Shown here piece after piece: positions 37,696 to 48,293 of a DNA stretch of 64,000 bases. Source of the stretch: an uncultured virus (IMG/VR IMGVR_UViG_2788500588_000003) (lineage: Duplodnaviria; Heunggongvirae; Uroviricota; Caudoviricetes); IMG/VR virus record IMGVR_UViG_2788500588_000003; one strand, written 5' to 3'. Below the pieces are notes generated by a model. It did no database searches and was not told the origin of the DNA. It worked only from the letters and a program-made list of their open reading frames with translations. A program made the position numbers and the translations under genes. The first letter of the stretch is position 1. Each line of letters begins with the position of its first letter.

Positions 37696-37875
37696 TTATT
37701 CATTTACTAATACAGCAATTTCACGCTCTGCTATTTCCAACTTTACATAGTGCTGTAATTCTGTTGGTTTAACTTCTGCAACCGTCCTTACTTCACCCAT
37801 GACGCTTGTAGCATAAGCTTTAACCAACCGTTTTTGTACTAACGTCAATCCTTCTAGGTGTTTTTCTTCTGTCAT
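37696..37875 (-). CDS. Small tail-region protein, 59 aa
   Basis: Hand translation MTEEKHLEGLTLVQKRLVKAYATSVMGEVRT...; overlaps upstream stop (ATGA). Confidence 0.7.
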   Translation of the reverse strand: MTEEKHLEGLTLVQKRLVKAYATSVMGEVRTVAEVKPTELQHYVKLEIAEREIAVLVNE

Positions 37876-38183
37876 TGTATAACCCCCAATTCAGTAAGAG
37901 TGGTTAGTATCTTAATTTCTAATTCTGAATCAGCTATTTGTGATGGAGAAGGCTTTAGAGATTCTAATAATAGTTGAGATTCACGTTCAGCTCTTTCTTC
38001 TAGTGTTTCACCTTCGACCCATTCTGTACCGTTCCACTTGGCGCGATATAAACCATGAGGTGGGTCTTTTACAATTTTATCCTTAGCTAACTCCTCCACT
38101 GGATTACCACTTTCATCAAATTCAGCTACATAAATTTCAGCAATATGTCCGTTAATATCAATTTCATACACTTGTTTTAACAC
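37872..38183 (-). CDS. Tail fibre assembly-like protein
   Basis: PP.GLY.AKWNGTEWVEG motif. Confidence 0.75.
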   Translation of the reverse strand: MLKQVYEIDINGHIAEIYVAEFDESGNPVEELAKDKIVKDPPHGLYRAKWNGTEWVEGETLEERAERESQLLLESLKPSPSQIADSELEIKILTTLTELGVIQ

Positions 38184-38206
38184 TGTTTATCCTCCTTATT
38201 AGTTAC

Positions 38207-40060
38207 TTAAACCCTAAATGATATGTCTATTAAGACATATTTTTGTGCCGTATATAACGTTTTAAATTCACCATTTGATACGAAGAAGTTAATAGCGCTA
38301 ACTGGTGAGGTTCCACTGTTATTTGCATAGGTAATACCCATAAAAACAATATTACTTAAGTTATTTGGTCTATAGTTAACTGGTAATGTAAGCATGGTAG
38401 TACCAGATGCTGTTGTTCCACTGTGAATTTCTGCTGTTAAATGTACCACTCCAAATTCATCTTTATATAATTTTGGAGTGCTCGAAGCAAGCCAACCATT
38501 TTGAAGGGAAGGACTAAATGAGGTCTCTTGTATTTTGTTTGCCTTTGAATCATTAAGTTGTTTAACTGCTTTAGATGAAGCTCCCGTCAACGGTGTTTCT
38601 GAATCAATAGCATCTGAAATATTCATACTAACTATTTTCCAGTTACCTAAGTATCCTGACATACCACTGGTAACTGTGCCCCATATGAATTGACCTGAAC
38701 CATCTTTCACTGCTACCCTCTGAAACACGTTTTCACGTAAGTTATTACTACCTCCATGACGAGCCGTTTGGACTACATAGGTAGCGTCAGCAGATACTGC
38801 CACTTCTACCAGCCACGGTGTCGAAGAAGTCGGAGCGTTAGGCGTGTTTGCTGGAACAGAGTAGTATCCGTTCTCCGTCAAGTTGTTAAGGTCGCCTGAG
38901 TAAGCTTTAGTATCAATATTGGCAACAGTCGCACTTGCTACGCCTGTAACTGGGTCTACAGTGATTGTTTCACCATCTGGTTTTATATGCCCTAACTTTT
39001 CAGTAGTTGCAATTTGTCCCAAATGTTCAGTAACTACTTGCTGATTGTCAGTGACTGTTTGCTTTATATTTGCTATTTCTTGATTAACTTCAGTTAGATC
39101 AGCGTCCTTACCTGGTAGCCCTTGAGGTCCTTCTGGTCCTTGAGGTCCAGTATCTCCTTTAGGACCTTTGATGGTACCAACATTAGTCCAGTCGTTTGTG
39201 GTATCTGACCAAACATATAAGTTCCCATTAATTAAATAAGCATCCCCTGGCTCCCCGATTGGAGGCAGAGAGCTTTCATCTGGCAGAGTTCCTAAAATCC
39301 TTACCCCTGTACCCTGCTCACCTTTCTCTCCCTTTTGAACAAACATCGCCCAATCAGCATTTGACAGGACAGGAAATGAAGGTGGTTTAACACCTTTATT
39401 GTCACGTAAGGCCATATAACCGTTACCTTCTAAAGTGACGAAGTTGTTCTTTTTGTACTGTGTTTCTATGGACCATTCCTTTAGATTCACTAACCCTGTT
39501 ACATTTGGTAAAACTACATTTATTGCATCAGTAGCTGTTTGCGCTGCTTGCGTCGCTTGATTTGCGTTACCAGTAGCTGTATTTGCATCTTGTGTAGCCT
39601 GTACAACATCAATCTTTAACTGCGACAAGTTAGAAGCCTCTTGATTGGCGTTATCTGCTGCCTCTTGAGCGAGTACAGCTTTTTCGTTGGCATAATTAGC
39701 TTTTTCTTCTGCAAGCAATGAACTAGCATTTGCTAACTCTGTGGCTGTTGTAGCTAAAGCTGTCGCTTCTTCTGTTGCTGTTTTAGCTGTTCTAGCCTCT
39801 TGTGCGGCAGTTAATGCTTGTTGAATGGAATCGTTTAGGCGCTCTAGTAATTCCCCGATATTCTCACCAGTCAGCATATCAATTTGTTGCTGTAGGTTAT
39901 AAATCTTTTCAAGCATTTCCTCTCTCAAGTTATCGGTCAAACCATTGACTTCAACAATTAAGGCTTCTAACAGCCCGAAATTATAATTTAAATCGTCTCG
40001 GTATCCTTTATCAAAAGATGAACCGATAACACGCATACGTGCCATTGTAGCCCTCCTCAC
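38207..40060 (-). CDS. Tail fibre / receptor-binding protein with coiled coil and collagen repeats
   Basis: Ala-rich coiled coil, GPKGDTGPQGPEGPQGLPG, C-terminal LQNGW...LPVNYRP knob. Confidence 0.85.
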   Translation of the reverse strand: MRRATMARMRVIGSSFDKGYRDDLNYNFGLLEALIVEVNGLTDNLREEMLEKIYNLQQQIDMLTGENIGELLERLNDSIQQALTAAQEARTAKTATEEATALATTATELANASSLLAEEKANYANEKAVLAQEAADNANQEASNLSQLKIDVVQATQDANTATGNANQATQAAQTATDAINVVLPNVTGLVNLKEWSIETQYKKNNFVTLEGNGYMALRDNKGVKPPSFPVLSNADWAMFVQKGEKGEQGTGVRILGTLPDESSLPPIGEPGDAYLINGNLYVWSDTTNDWTNVGTIKGPKGDTGPQGPEGPQGLPGKDADLTEVNQEIANIKQTVTDNQQVVTEHLGQIATTEKLGHIKPDGETITVDPVTGVASATVANIDTKAYSGDLNNLTENGYYSVPANTPNAPTSSTPWLVEVAVSADATYVVQTARHGGSNNLRENVFQRVAVKDGSGQFIWGTVTSGMSGYLGNWKIVSMNISDAIDSETPLTGASSKAVKQLNDSKANKIQETSFSPSLQNGWLASSTPKLYKDEFGVVHLTAEIHSGTTASGTTMLTLPVNYRPNNLSNIVFMGITYANNSGTSPVSAINFFVSNGEFKTLYTAQKYVLIDISFRV

Positions 40061-40977
40061 TTGTAATAAAATTTGAATTTAAATGATATTAGAAATTGCG
40101 ATGCACCTGAAATTTGAATGGTGTTCCAACCTGGATTTAAAATTAGTACTTTTTTATTTGTATCTTTAAAAATACTGTTACCGTTTTTAGTAAACCGTGT
40201 TGGTGTTTCGAGTTTTATTACATCATTGGGGCCACTAGAGCTGTTGTATTGCCATTGAGTGCTGTTCGTAATATTCCTGATACTTAGGTTATTACTAGCA
40301 CCCCGGAACTCTATTTCAAAGAGCATATCTCGCAAGTTAGTTTTTAGTGGCACATCACCAGCATTGTAAATTTGAAAAGACATTTCGTTTTGGAATACAT
40401 ATTTTAATGTCGTTGGATCCACAGCAACTAATCCTTGGCCTGTTTGCCAAACATCACGATCAAATGTACAAGCATCTAACGTGGTACCTGCCGATTCAGC
40501 ATAGGGTAATTGATAGGTCTCAAATTCTATATCAACCTTTCCAATCAATCCGTTCTGTTCAACCTCATTCATATTGGTACGAATCACTTTGTATCGTTTA
40601 CCTTTTAATATCTCGATATTGGTAGGTAACTGTTTATTCTCGCCCCAAGTTTGCCCCGGTAATTCAAACTCGTAAGTACTAGTCTTATACGTTGGCCGTC
40701 CTTCGTAGATATAAAAAGGCTCCAAGTCGCTAAAAATTGAAAACAATTTATCGCGTCTTAGAGCAAAATCTAATTCATCAGTTGCTAGGAACATAATCGA
40801 TAAAATGATAACTCTTGTGCCATGGTTGACTGATTCTCGTACTACCCCTGGTCGCCCATCCACATCAACACTAGATGCTTTCTGGTCAATCGGTCTAATC
40901 AACATATCTTGTGTGATGTATCCTTCTTTGACAAGGGAGAGTGTAGCCCCTGTACTGTATTCGATTAATGTGTCCAT
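40057..40977 (-). CDS. Distal tail protein (Dit, Sipho_tail)
   Basis: VDGRPG, LPYAES, IYNAGDV and LNPGWNTIQI..FKFYY motifs. Confidence 0.88.
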   Translation of the reverse strand: MDTLIEYSTGATLSLVKEGYITQDMLIRPIDQKASSVDVDGRPGVVRESVNHGTRVIILSIMFLATDELDFALRRDKLFSIFSDLEPFYIYEGRPTYKTSTYEFELPGQTWGENKQLPTNIEILKGKRYKVIRTNMNEVEQNGLIGKVDIEFETYQLPYAESAGTTLDACTFDRDVWQTGQGLVAVDPTTLKYVFQNEMSFQIYNAGDVPLKTNLRDMLFEIEFRGASNNLSIRNITNSTQWQYNSSSGPNDVIKLETPTRFTKNGNSIFKDTNKKVLILNPGWNTIQISGASQFLISFKFKFYYK

Positions 40978-40980
40978 TGA

Positions 40981-43900
40981 CTACACCCCTTTACCAATAG
41001 TTGTTCTTCTGGATGAAACCCTGTTACTTTGGTTTCTATCAACATATTCACTAATGACGTCACCATCTAATTCCACAACAAAGTCCAATTTGCTAATTAA
41101 TGCAGCAATCTGTTTTAAGACTCCGATTTGATCTTGGCTGGATGTTAGCTCGTAGCTGTTTAACAAGTGTGAATCCATACCACCATTTAGAGCTGTAGAA
41201 AGCCCGATAGATGCTGCTGAAATATCAGTTTGCATTATATCCGTTAGGCTTCTTACAGTGTTTTCTAACATGCCTTTTGTGCTTGCTAGGCCTTGAATAA
41301 TGCCCTGTCCGGAAAATACTCCTGATTTTTCGAGGACCCTTGATGGAGATTTTATTTGTAACGCTTTACGAATCGTTTTATCAATGGTATTTGCTATCTC
41401 ATTAGCTTGAGCTTGTAAAGCTGGCACTTGACTAGCTAGTCCATTACGTAAACCTTCAATAGCATTGATACCAATCTCTTTCATGCTACTGATCATTGGG
41501 TTAAACTCATTTTTCGTACCTTCACGAATTTGTTTGACTTGTTCAACCCATTCGGTTTGGTATTGCTCTAGCTTAGATTTTGTTTCTGTTTGGAGCTTTT
41601 CAATTTGATCTGTCATGTCTTTTCGTTGACCAGTTAATTCAAACTGAGCTTGTTGCCTAGCAATCTGCGTTTTTTCTTTCCAAAGATTTTCGTACTCATT
41701 TAGTTCACCTGTGGAAAGTTTATTTAATGCAGTAATCTCTGCTTGTGCATTAGGACCAAGAGCTTGTAACTCAGCGAGTAAGCCTTTATCAATACCTTTA
41801 GAGGCTAACATTTGAAGATCTGTTGCCCAGTCACGCATTGCGTCTACTTGGCTGCGTAAATTTTCAATCAGTTTGGAACCAAACACATCTGTTTTACGCT
41901 CAAATTCATCAAAGATGCTTATCGCACTAGTAATCTCTTTAGTACGTGCATCTTCAGCATCTTGGTAAGCTTTTTGAAGTTCTTTTACGCCATCTATTTC
42001 AGCCTGTTGGACATCTTTAATCTTGCCAATGTATTCTTCGTTTAATGCAATCAGTCGGTCGTGAATCGCCTGCTTTGTCTCTGCTATTTTGTCCTCATAG
42101 TAGATACGTTCCTCACTACCTACTTTATACGCTTTGACATACTTTTCGTATGCAGCAAGCTCTTGAGTCAATGACATCAAGTTGTATTTCTTACGACGTT
42201 CAACGTAATCTTTTTCTTTATTAAATTGCTCAGTTGTTAACTCAGCCATCGATTTGTTGTACTCGATTTGAGCTTTGATGCGTTCTTCTGTACCTTCTTT
42301 GAACAAACTAGTCGCATACTGCCAGTAAGCAGCTTGTTCCTTAGTAGACCATTTTTCTAATCCCACTTGATGCTCTGCGTATTCTTTCAACTTATCGTAC
42401 TGCTCTTTTGCTGACTTAGCGCGAATAGCATCAATCTTTTTAGCTTTTTCTTTTTCGAACTTATCGAGAGCCGATTTTTCATCATCATGCAATTTCAAGA
42501 TTTGGCGCTGTTGAGCAGCCGTTAGCTTTTTCTTTTTGTCATTGGCTTTAGCATTGATCTCAGCTATCTTGTTGTTCGATTTCTTAGTAGCCTCTGCTCT
42601 TTTCTTCGCATACTCTGCTTCAACTGTTTTGATTTCCTTTTCAATTTCACTTGTCTTGGATGCAAGGATTTTCTTAGCAGTATCCATCATATTGGTTGTA
42701 GCTTTTACAGTTTGTTGAAAGTTCGGTATAGCAGCTTTTGACATAGCTTCAGCAGATTGTTTTACGTAATCAAGGTTTGAATATACTCCTTTTGCTACAC
42801 CCGCAGGAATCCATTTAGCCACACTTGCCATAACCCTTGAAGGGGAATGGATACCTAACTTTTTCTTTAACCAATCAGGAATTAAATCAGCAATACCTGC
42901 AGCAGTTTTCTTAACATTTTCCCACATTGAGTTGATACCTTTAATCAACCCTTGGATAATGTTTTTACCAATTTCAAATAGGTTAATGTTTCGGAAGAAT
43001 GATTCAATGGAGCTCCAGATGCCTGATGCTGTCTGTTTAATAGTTTCCCAAGCACCTTTCCAGTCACCGTTAATTAATTGCATAACTGTTTGGATAATGC
43101 CCATCACTAAATTGATGCCGATTTCAACAGCAGATTTAATTAGATTCCAAGCGATTTTTACTACTCCAGAAATTATTGGCCATGCTACTTGGAAGATAGC
43201 GATGATATTACTCATTGCCCAATTGATTACTACTCCAATTGCTTTCCAAACTGTATCAACGATTTGTTTAATGCTCTCTTGGTTATCCTGCCAGAACTTT
43301 GTGATTTTGCTCCAGATAGATACGATCGTTGATTGTATTTCTTTTAGAACCGAGGAAATAACACTTTTGATCGCTTTCCATACTTCGTCAACCTTAGCTC
43401 TAAATTCTTCGTTTGTTTTATAGGTTTTAACCAAAATAGCAATAAATGCTGTGATAGCTATAATGACAAGTCCGATTGGACTGGTGATAAAACCCCATGC
43501 AACTCCTATCAATTTAGCGACACTAGTAATTTTCGCGCCAATCATAGCCATGGTTCCGCCAAAATTAGTGAATAATCCTGTTATAAATGGTAGCGCCTTT
43601 CCGATACCACCTATAATCGCTGGTCCTAATCCTTTGAAAAGCTCTCTGAATGCAATTACATTCGGAACTACAGCTAGTAATACTCCGCCAATTGAAATGA
43701 AGCTAGCTAAAAGTACACCAATAACTCGATTACTTTCCATTCCACTATTCATGAACTCTAAGATGTTATTGACTATGTTCATTAGTCCTGCACCAACAGG
43801 AGCCATACCGATCCCTAAGTTCACTAGAAACTTAGTCAAGTTACCAATTAATTGCAGGACACTAGGCGCTGTCTGTTGCACATAGGATAAGAATGTTTGG

Positions 43901-45015
43901 AATCCTTGATTTTGAGATAGACTCGCCGACCATTCTTTAAATCGAGCCATCATATTAGCTAAACCAGTCATCATATCACTCGATGAACCACCAAATGCTG
44001 CAAAGAAGTAAATAAGCCCAGCTGTAGCATCTCGGAAGATTGCTCGAATCTTCGGCATATTGGTATTCACATAATCCATGAAGGATTGGAATTTAGAACT
44101 TCCTGATAAACCATTGGACCATTCAGCAAAGCGTGCTGTCATTTCTTCGAAGCCTTTGGCTGTTGAGGCTGTTAACGGTGCAAATGCAGTCAGCATGGAG
44201 AATACGCCTTGAAGTAAATTCCCCATTGAACGAGTCACTGTTTTTAACATCGGTGCGCCTGTAGTGTTTAAATAATCCAAGAATTTTTGAATTGGTGGCG
44301 TACCAATAGCTGTGTTAAGTTGTGTCATCAAGCTAGATACTGCTTGAGCACTGGATATAAACAATGGTCTTAACTTTGTAAGTAATGTATTTGTAGCCTG
44401 CATTGCACTCGTAAAAGCATTTAACACTGGCTTTTCAGTTTCTTTTACAAGTCCCTGATAGGTTGATTTCATGTTGTCAAAAGAAGCTTTGGCATTCTTT
44501 TGAGCTGAATTTAATTGTGCGTTTTCGTCAAATAATTTTTTGATTGTTGGAATTGCAACTGCCGCGAAGGCTCCTGCTGCTACACCAGCACTTGCAAACG
44601 CCCCTGCTAAAGCAAAAGTGGAACCAGCTAATGTACCGATCATTGGACCAAGATTAGCAATAGCTACACCTATGTTAGCTAGGAGTGGTGCAATCATCGG
44701 TAGAACGGCAATTATTGAACCTTGTAACGTGTGTTGCATGAGCTCGCCAAAGGCACGAATATCTGTGGCAATACGTTGTATTTTTCTTTGGAAGTTTTCT
44801 ATTCGCGCCTCAATTTTGACGACTACTTTATCTCGTACAAGCGCTGCTATACGAGCTCGAATTTCAGCCATTCGACGGTTAAATTCGGATATATCCGCAC
44901 CAATTTCTACACGTACATCATTTGCCGAAGTGCGAATGGCCTCGCGAACTTGCCTCATACGAGCCATAAACTGTGTTATACGAGCCCCTATTTGAGCAGT
45001 GAAGTTTCCGTTCAT
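40981..45015 (-). CDS. Tape measure protein (1344 aa)
   Basis: Length, Trp-periodic repeats, LGIHSPSRV and LQIKSPSRV motifs. Confidence 0.92.
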   Translation of the reverse strand: MNGNFTAQIGARITQFMARMRQVREAIRTSANDVRVEIGADISEFNRRMAEIRARIAALVRDKVVVKIEARIENFQRKIQRIATDIRAFGELMQHTLQGSIIAVLPMIAPLLANIGVAIANLGPMIGTLAGSTFALAGAFASAGVAAGAFAAVAIPTIKKLFDENAQLNSAQKNAKASFDNMKSTYQGLVKETEKPVLNAFTSAMQATNTLLTKLRPLFISSAQAVSSLMTQLNTAIGTPPIQKFLDYLNTTGAPMLKTVTRSMGNLLQGVFSMLTAFAPLTASTAKGFEEMTARFAEWSNGLSGSSKFQSFMDYVNTNMPKIRAIFRDATAGLIYFFAAFGGSSSDMMTGLANMMARFKEWSASLSQNQGFQTFLSYVQQTAPSVLQLIGNLTKFLVNLGIGMAPVGAGLMNIVNNILEFMNSGMESNRVIGVLLASFISIGGVLLAVVPNVIAFRELFKGLGPAIIGGIGKALPFITGLFTNFGGTMAMIGAKITSVAKLIGVAWGFITSPIGLVIIAITAFIAILVKTYKTNEEFRAKVDEVWKAIKSVISSVLKEIQSTIVSIWSKITKFWQDNQESIKQIVDTVWKAIGVVINWAMSNIIAIFQVAWPIISGVVKIAWNLIKSAVEIGINLVMGIIQTVMQLINGDWKGAWETIKQTASGIWSSIESFFRNINLFEIGKNIIQGLIKGINSMWENVKKTAAGIADLIPDWLKKKLGIHSPSRVMASVAKWIPAGVAKGVYSNLDYVKQSAEAMSKAAIPNFQQTVKATTNMMDTAKKILASKTSEIEKEIKTVEAEYAKKRAEATKKSNNKIAEINAKANDKKKKLTAAQQRQILKLHDDEKSALDKFEKEKAKKIDAIRAKSAKEQYDKLKEYAEHQVGLEKWSTKEQAAYWQYATSLFKEGTEERIKAQIEYNKSMAELTTEQFNKEKDYVERRKKYNLMSLTQELAAYEKYVKAYKVGSEERIYYEDKIAETKQAIHDRLIALNEEYIGKIKDVQQAEIDGVKELQKAYQDAEDARTKEITSAISIFDEFERKTDVFGSKLIENLRSQVDAMRDWATDLQMLASKGIDKGLLAELQALGPNAQAEITALNKLSTGELNEYENLWKEKTQIARQQAQFELTGQRKDMTDQIEKLQTETKSKLEQYQTEWVEQVKQIREGTKNEFNPMISSMKEIGINAIEGLRNGLASQVPALQAQANEIANTIDKTIRKALQIKSPSRVLEKSGVFSGQGIIQGLASTKGMLENTVRSLTDIMQTDISAASIGLSTALNGGMDSHLLNSYELTSSQDQIGVLKQIAALISKLDFVVELDGDVISEYVDRNQSNRVSSRRTTIGKGV

Positions 45016-45028
45016 AGCATTCTCCCTT

Positions 45029-45360
45029 CTATGGCTTCCAGTTTTTCAATGCTGCCATCGCTTTTGCATGTTTCCGTTTCTTAACTTCTGGATCTACTTC
45101 TTTTTGATTCATGGATTTTCTTACTTTATCCGCATCAAACAAGTCGCTCTTAGGATTAATGCGTGGCTTATTAGTTGCTACACGATTAAACATGGCTGCA
45201 TCAGCCAATGTTTGATAATGATCAATACGAGCATCTTGAGCCCCTTCCAAGAAAGCTCTAAACTCGCTGGGACGCCAAGATAGAATTAACTCTGGATCAT
45301 AGACCCTTAAATATCTTGCTGCATCTCGATAGATTTGTCGGATTTCGCTAACTCGATCTG
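45029..45360 (-). CDS. Tail assembly chaperone downstream (T-like) ORF, probably read by frameshift
   Basis: -1 frame overlapping the chaperone end: RDAARYLRVYDPELILSW...; no clear start. Confidence 0.65.
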
Positions 45361-45810
45361 TTTGTTCTCTAATAATTCGGCTCTCGCTGTTTTCAGCATT
45401 TCGATTCCCATTTCTGCTTGTTCTTTTTCTTCCTCGGATGCAATCTTGTCGAATAGCTCTAAGTTCTCCCAATATGTCTTGACAGCTTTTTTGAAAAAAC
45501 CCGATTCATCAATTTCTCGGAAAGCTTCTTGGAATAATGGTTCTACATCGCCATCCTCTTCGATTCGCTTTTCTAGAGCTGCTTCAATTTCTGCTTTGCT
45601 AGGCTGTTTAGATAAATGAGCAAGTCCACACATCCAAAATGCGCGTAAAGCATCTAAATCAAATTGCAATAAGCCTTGGTAGATCTGATTAAATCCACCT
45701 GGACGGTTACCGTGTGCATCTAAATCATTAAATTCTTTATCCGCCTTATTTTTAAAAGCAAAAGTAAACTTCGCTGTAAGAGTGTTTTCACCAATTAATA
45801 ATTGAGCCAT
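45307..45810 (-). CDS. Tail assembly chaperone
   Basis: AKFTFAF...EIDESGFFK; between major tail protein and TMP. Confidence 0.8.
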   Translation of the reverse strand: MAQLLIGENTLTAKFTFAFKNKADKEFNDLDAHGNRPGGFNQIYQGLLQFDLDALRAFWMCGLAHLSKQPSKAEIEAALEKRIEEDGDVEPLFQEAFREIDESGFFKKAVKTYWENLELFDKIASEEEKEQAEMGIEMLKTARAELLENKQIELAKSDKSIEMQQDI

Positions 45811-45874
45811 TTATAATCATCCTTTTCTGTTTGTTTTCAATTAAAAAAGAGAGCTGATTAGCCCTCTCGTTCAT

Positions 45875-46651
45875 TTATACAGTTACTGTCACTGCTGTTG
45901 TTGCTGTAAATCCACCATCTACTGTTGTTGCTGTAATTGTAGCTGACCCTTCTGCTACACCTGTTACAACACCTTGCACATTCACAGTAGCAATCGCTTC
46001 ATCACTTGATGTATATGTCACAGATTTATTTGTGGCATTAACAGGTACAACATTAGCCACAATACTTTCAGTTCTGCCTTCAGAAACTGTTAACGTTGTT
46101 GGATTTACTGATAGACCTGTAACAGCAACTGGTGTTGTTGTTTCTTCACCGTTGAACTCACCAGTTTTTTCACCAGGAGCCTCGAAATCATAATCACCGA
46201 AGTTAAGTACATCATCTGGTAATGGATTTAATTCACCTTTCTTAGTTGTATTCAGAACCTGTAAAGTTGCTGAAATTTCCAAGAAATTATCTGTGGGCGC
46301 TGATTTTTCTAATGATTCTACGTATGTGTACGCAAATAAAGAATTGTGCTTTCCATTCTTATTGAGATGCTTTTGAACTTCCCAAATTTTTAGTTGTGTG
46401 CCCTTTTGAATTGATTCTAATACTGCTGTTTGTCCAGGGTCATCAGGATTTCCGTAAAAGGTAACATCCAGTGATTCAGATAACTGTCCAGGACCTAAGA
46501 TACGTCCGAATTTCGTTTGTTCATCCGTTAACTCACGCTCATAAGAATGTGTATGTTCGGTTTGATCTCCAATTAAAAAACCCTCTGCACCTAATGCGTT
46601 ATCAGTGGGTTGTACTAGCAATAAGCTATCTTTACCATTTAAACGTGCCAT
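45875..46651 (-). CDS. Major tail protein with C-terminal Ig-like (Big_2) domain
   Basis: DEQTKFGRI, YDFEAPGE, ATNKSVTYTSSD..IATV...G.VTGVAEG. Confidence 0.9.
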   Translation of the reverse strand: MARLNGKDSLLLVQPTDNALGAEGFLIGDQTEHTHSYERELTDEQTKFGRILGPGQLSESLDVTFYGNPDDPGQTAVLESIQKGTQLKIWEVQKHLNKNGKHNSLFAYTYVESLEKSAPTDNFLEISATLQVLNTTKKGELNPLPDDVLNFGDYDFEAPGEKTGEFNGEETTTPVAVTGLSVNPTTLTVSEGRTESIVANVVPVNATNKSVTYTSSDEAIATVNVQGVVTGVAEGSATITATTVDGGFTATTAVTVTV

Positions 46652-46661
46652 TGTATCACTC

Positions 46662-47084
46662 CTAATTAATTTGTACTTTGTAGCGCACTGTTAACACGCC
46701 ATGTTTAAGCCCTACTTCTACATCATCAAACACTTGCGCCCCGTTCCTAGTAACATCTAATACTGTAAAACCATTTATAGAATACCTTCGTGTAATTAAA
46801 GCCTGCTGACAAGCGCTAAGAATTTCATATAGGATTCGTTTCCCTGTTGATTCATCATTGTCTTTTCGCCATGCATGAATCGTGAAGCTAACTTGCTCGC
46901 AATTATTTGTCTTTGTATCAAGTGGATTGCTGTATGGCTCTCCAATCGTTACGTAAGGATAAGGTGTGTTTTCATCAGGTGTATCATAGACCTCTACTCC
47001 AAGCGCCTGTAAATGTGGGCTCGCTTTTAACTTTTGATAAATTGCTGTCTGTATTTCATAAAACGGAAGTATAAAATAACTCAT
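46662..47084 (-). CDS. Tail terminator (DUF3168-like)
   Basis: VYDTPDENTPYPYVTIGE...HGVL. Confidence 0.85.
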   Translation of the reverse strand: MSYFILPFYEIQTAIYQKLKASPHLQALGVEVYDTPDENTPYPYVTIGEPYSNPLDTKTNNCEQVSFTIHAWRKDNDESTGKRILYEILSACQQALITRRYSINGFTVLDVTRNGAQVFDDVEVGLKHGVLTVRYKVQIN

Positions 47085-47506
47085 AGTCCCAACCTCCGCA
47101 TTTCTGTTTTAAAGTATTCACCACCAGCATCAAATGCAGGGCCCCAAAAAGGTTGAGCTCTGTTACCACTACTAGTAACCCAATGTCCTAACTTTTCGCT
47201 GTAATATACCCAAGGGATTTTCTTAGCACGACTTCCTCCTGGACCCTGAGCATAGATACCAGTACCGAATTCAACCCAAATTGCATAGTTTGCGCCAACA
47301 GTAACCTCAGCGTTGTACTTTCCTAGCATTTTCATTTCAATAGAATCTTTAAGGCCACTATCATCCACTGGAGCAAGCGCCTGAGCTTGAGATTTTATTA
47401 ATCTAGCTGTCTCATATACGATGTCAGATACTTTATCCAACAGTCCTTCTTCAAACCTTTGTGCAGCCCTCATTAATTGGCGACCTGAGTAAGTAATTCT
47501 AACCAT
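47081..47506 (-). CDS. HK97 gp10-like tail completion protein
   Basis: APVD.SGLK.SI...YA.WVEFGTG...AQPF..PA. Confidence 0.9.
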   Translation of the reverse strand: MVRITYSGRQLMRAAQRFEEGLLDKVSDIVYETARLIKSQAQALAPVDDSGLKDSIEMKMLGKYNAEVTVGANYAIWVEFGTGIYAQGPGGSRAKKIPWVYYSEKLGHWVTSSGNRAQPFWGPAFDAGGEYFKTEMRRLGL

Positions 47507-47651
47507 CTTTCTTCATCTCAATGACTTTAGCTTGAATGGTAACTTTATTTTTAAAAATCTCAACTTCACTTTTATGTGTTCCAGATTCAACAACCATTTT
47601 TACAGATACAGCGGTATTAAAGATACTGCTAGCCATTTGTCCATCCCCTTT

Positions 47652-47972
47652 CTATGTCACTAATTTCAAAGCAACACGCATAATTTCATGTTGACCACCT
47701 TGATCTTCAGGAAGTCCTGCAAAGGCATAGATTTCACCTTCATACCGAAGTCGCATATCAGACTTTAAGTCAGTGCGATAAGGGTAATACATAAAGCGAT
47801 CTAGAGGATTTTGTACTTGATGCGCCAATAATCTCTCTTTAGATGTTGGTGTATCCACAAATGCCTCCATAGTATCTACTGGAAACCATTCTGTTTTAAA
47901 GCCACCTGCACCATCGGATACCTTACGTTTCTGAACTACTTCAACCTCATGAGGAAATTCATCGTAATGCAT
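47652..47972 (-). CDS. Head closure protein
   Basis: SDGAGG...W...DQGGQHE. Confidence 0.85.
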   Translation of the reverse strand: MHYDEFPHEVEVVQKRKVSDGAGGFKTEWFPVDTMEAFVDTPTSKERLLAHQVQNPLDRFMYYPYRTDLKSDMRLRYEGEIYAFAGLPEDQGGQHEIMRVALKLVT

Positions 47973-48285
47973 GGAATCTCACCCTCTTATATGGCCTTAG
48001 ATATGTCCAAATTGCTTTAGGAAACTCGGTGTCGTAACTATACGAGACAGTCCCCATTACACGCCCTTTTAGACCAGTTGTTTGGGTATTAAACTGTATG
48101 GCTTTAGCAATGAACAATCTAACTCCCTGTGGCATCTCTGATGGTTCCCACTTTCCATTACAATGGTCTTTCGCTACATCAAATAAAATAGGAGCCATTG
48201 CACGATAAAATCCATCATGCTTAGCTCCTGTTATGTTATTCATTTGCTTTAGTTGATCTAATTCTTCTTGTGTTGGTTCCCACAT
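47959..48285 (-). CDS. Head-tail connector (SPP1 gp15-like)
   Basis: PQGV.LFIAKA...MGTVSYSY..EFP......L.PY. Confidence 0.85.
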   Translation of the reverse strand: MWEPTQEELDQLKQMNNITGAKHDGFYRAMAPILFDVAKDHCNGKWEPSEMPQGVRLFIAKAIQFNTQTTGLKGRVMGTVSYSYDTEFPKAIWTYLRPYKRVRFHALR

Positions 48286-48293
48286 AAGACCAC

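Noticed and set aside
42536..45084. Plus-strand ORFs opposite the tape measure gene (and similar shadow ORFs elsewhere)
   Set aside because: Antisense shadows of codon-biased genes with no RBS or recognisable motifs
45875..46651. SPP1-style programmed frameshift adding the Ig domain to the major tail protein
   Set aside because: The Ig domain is already fused in frame
47499..47636. 45-aa ORF between head closure and gp10-like genes
   Set aside because: Has an RBS and may be real, but is too short and featureless to call
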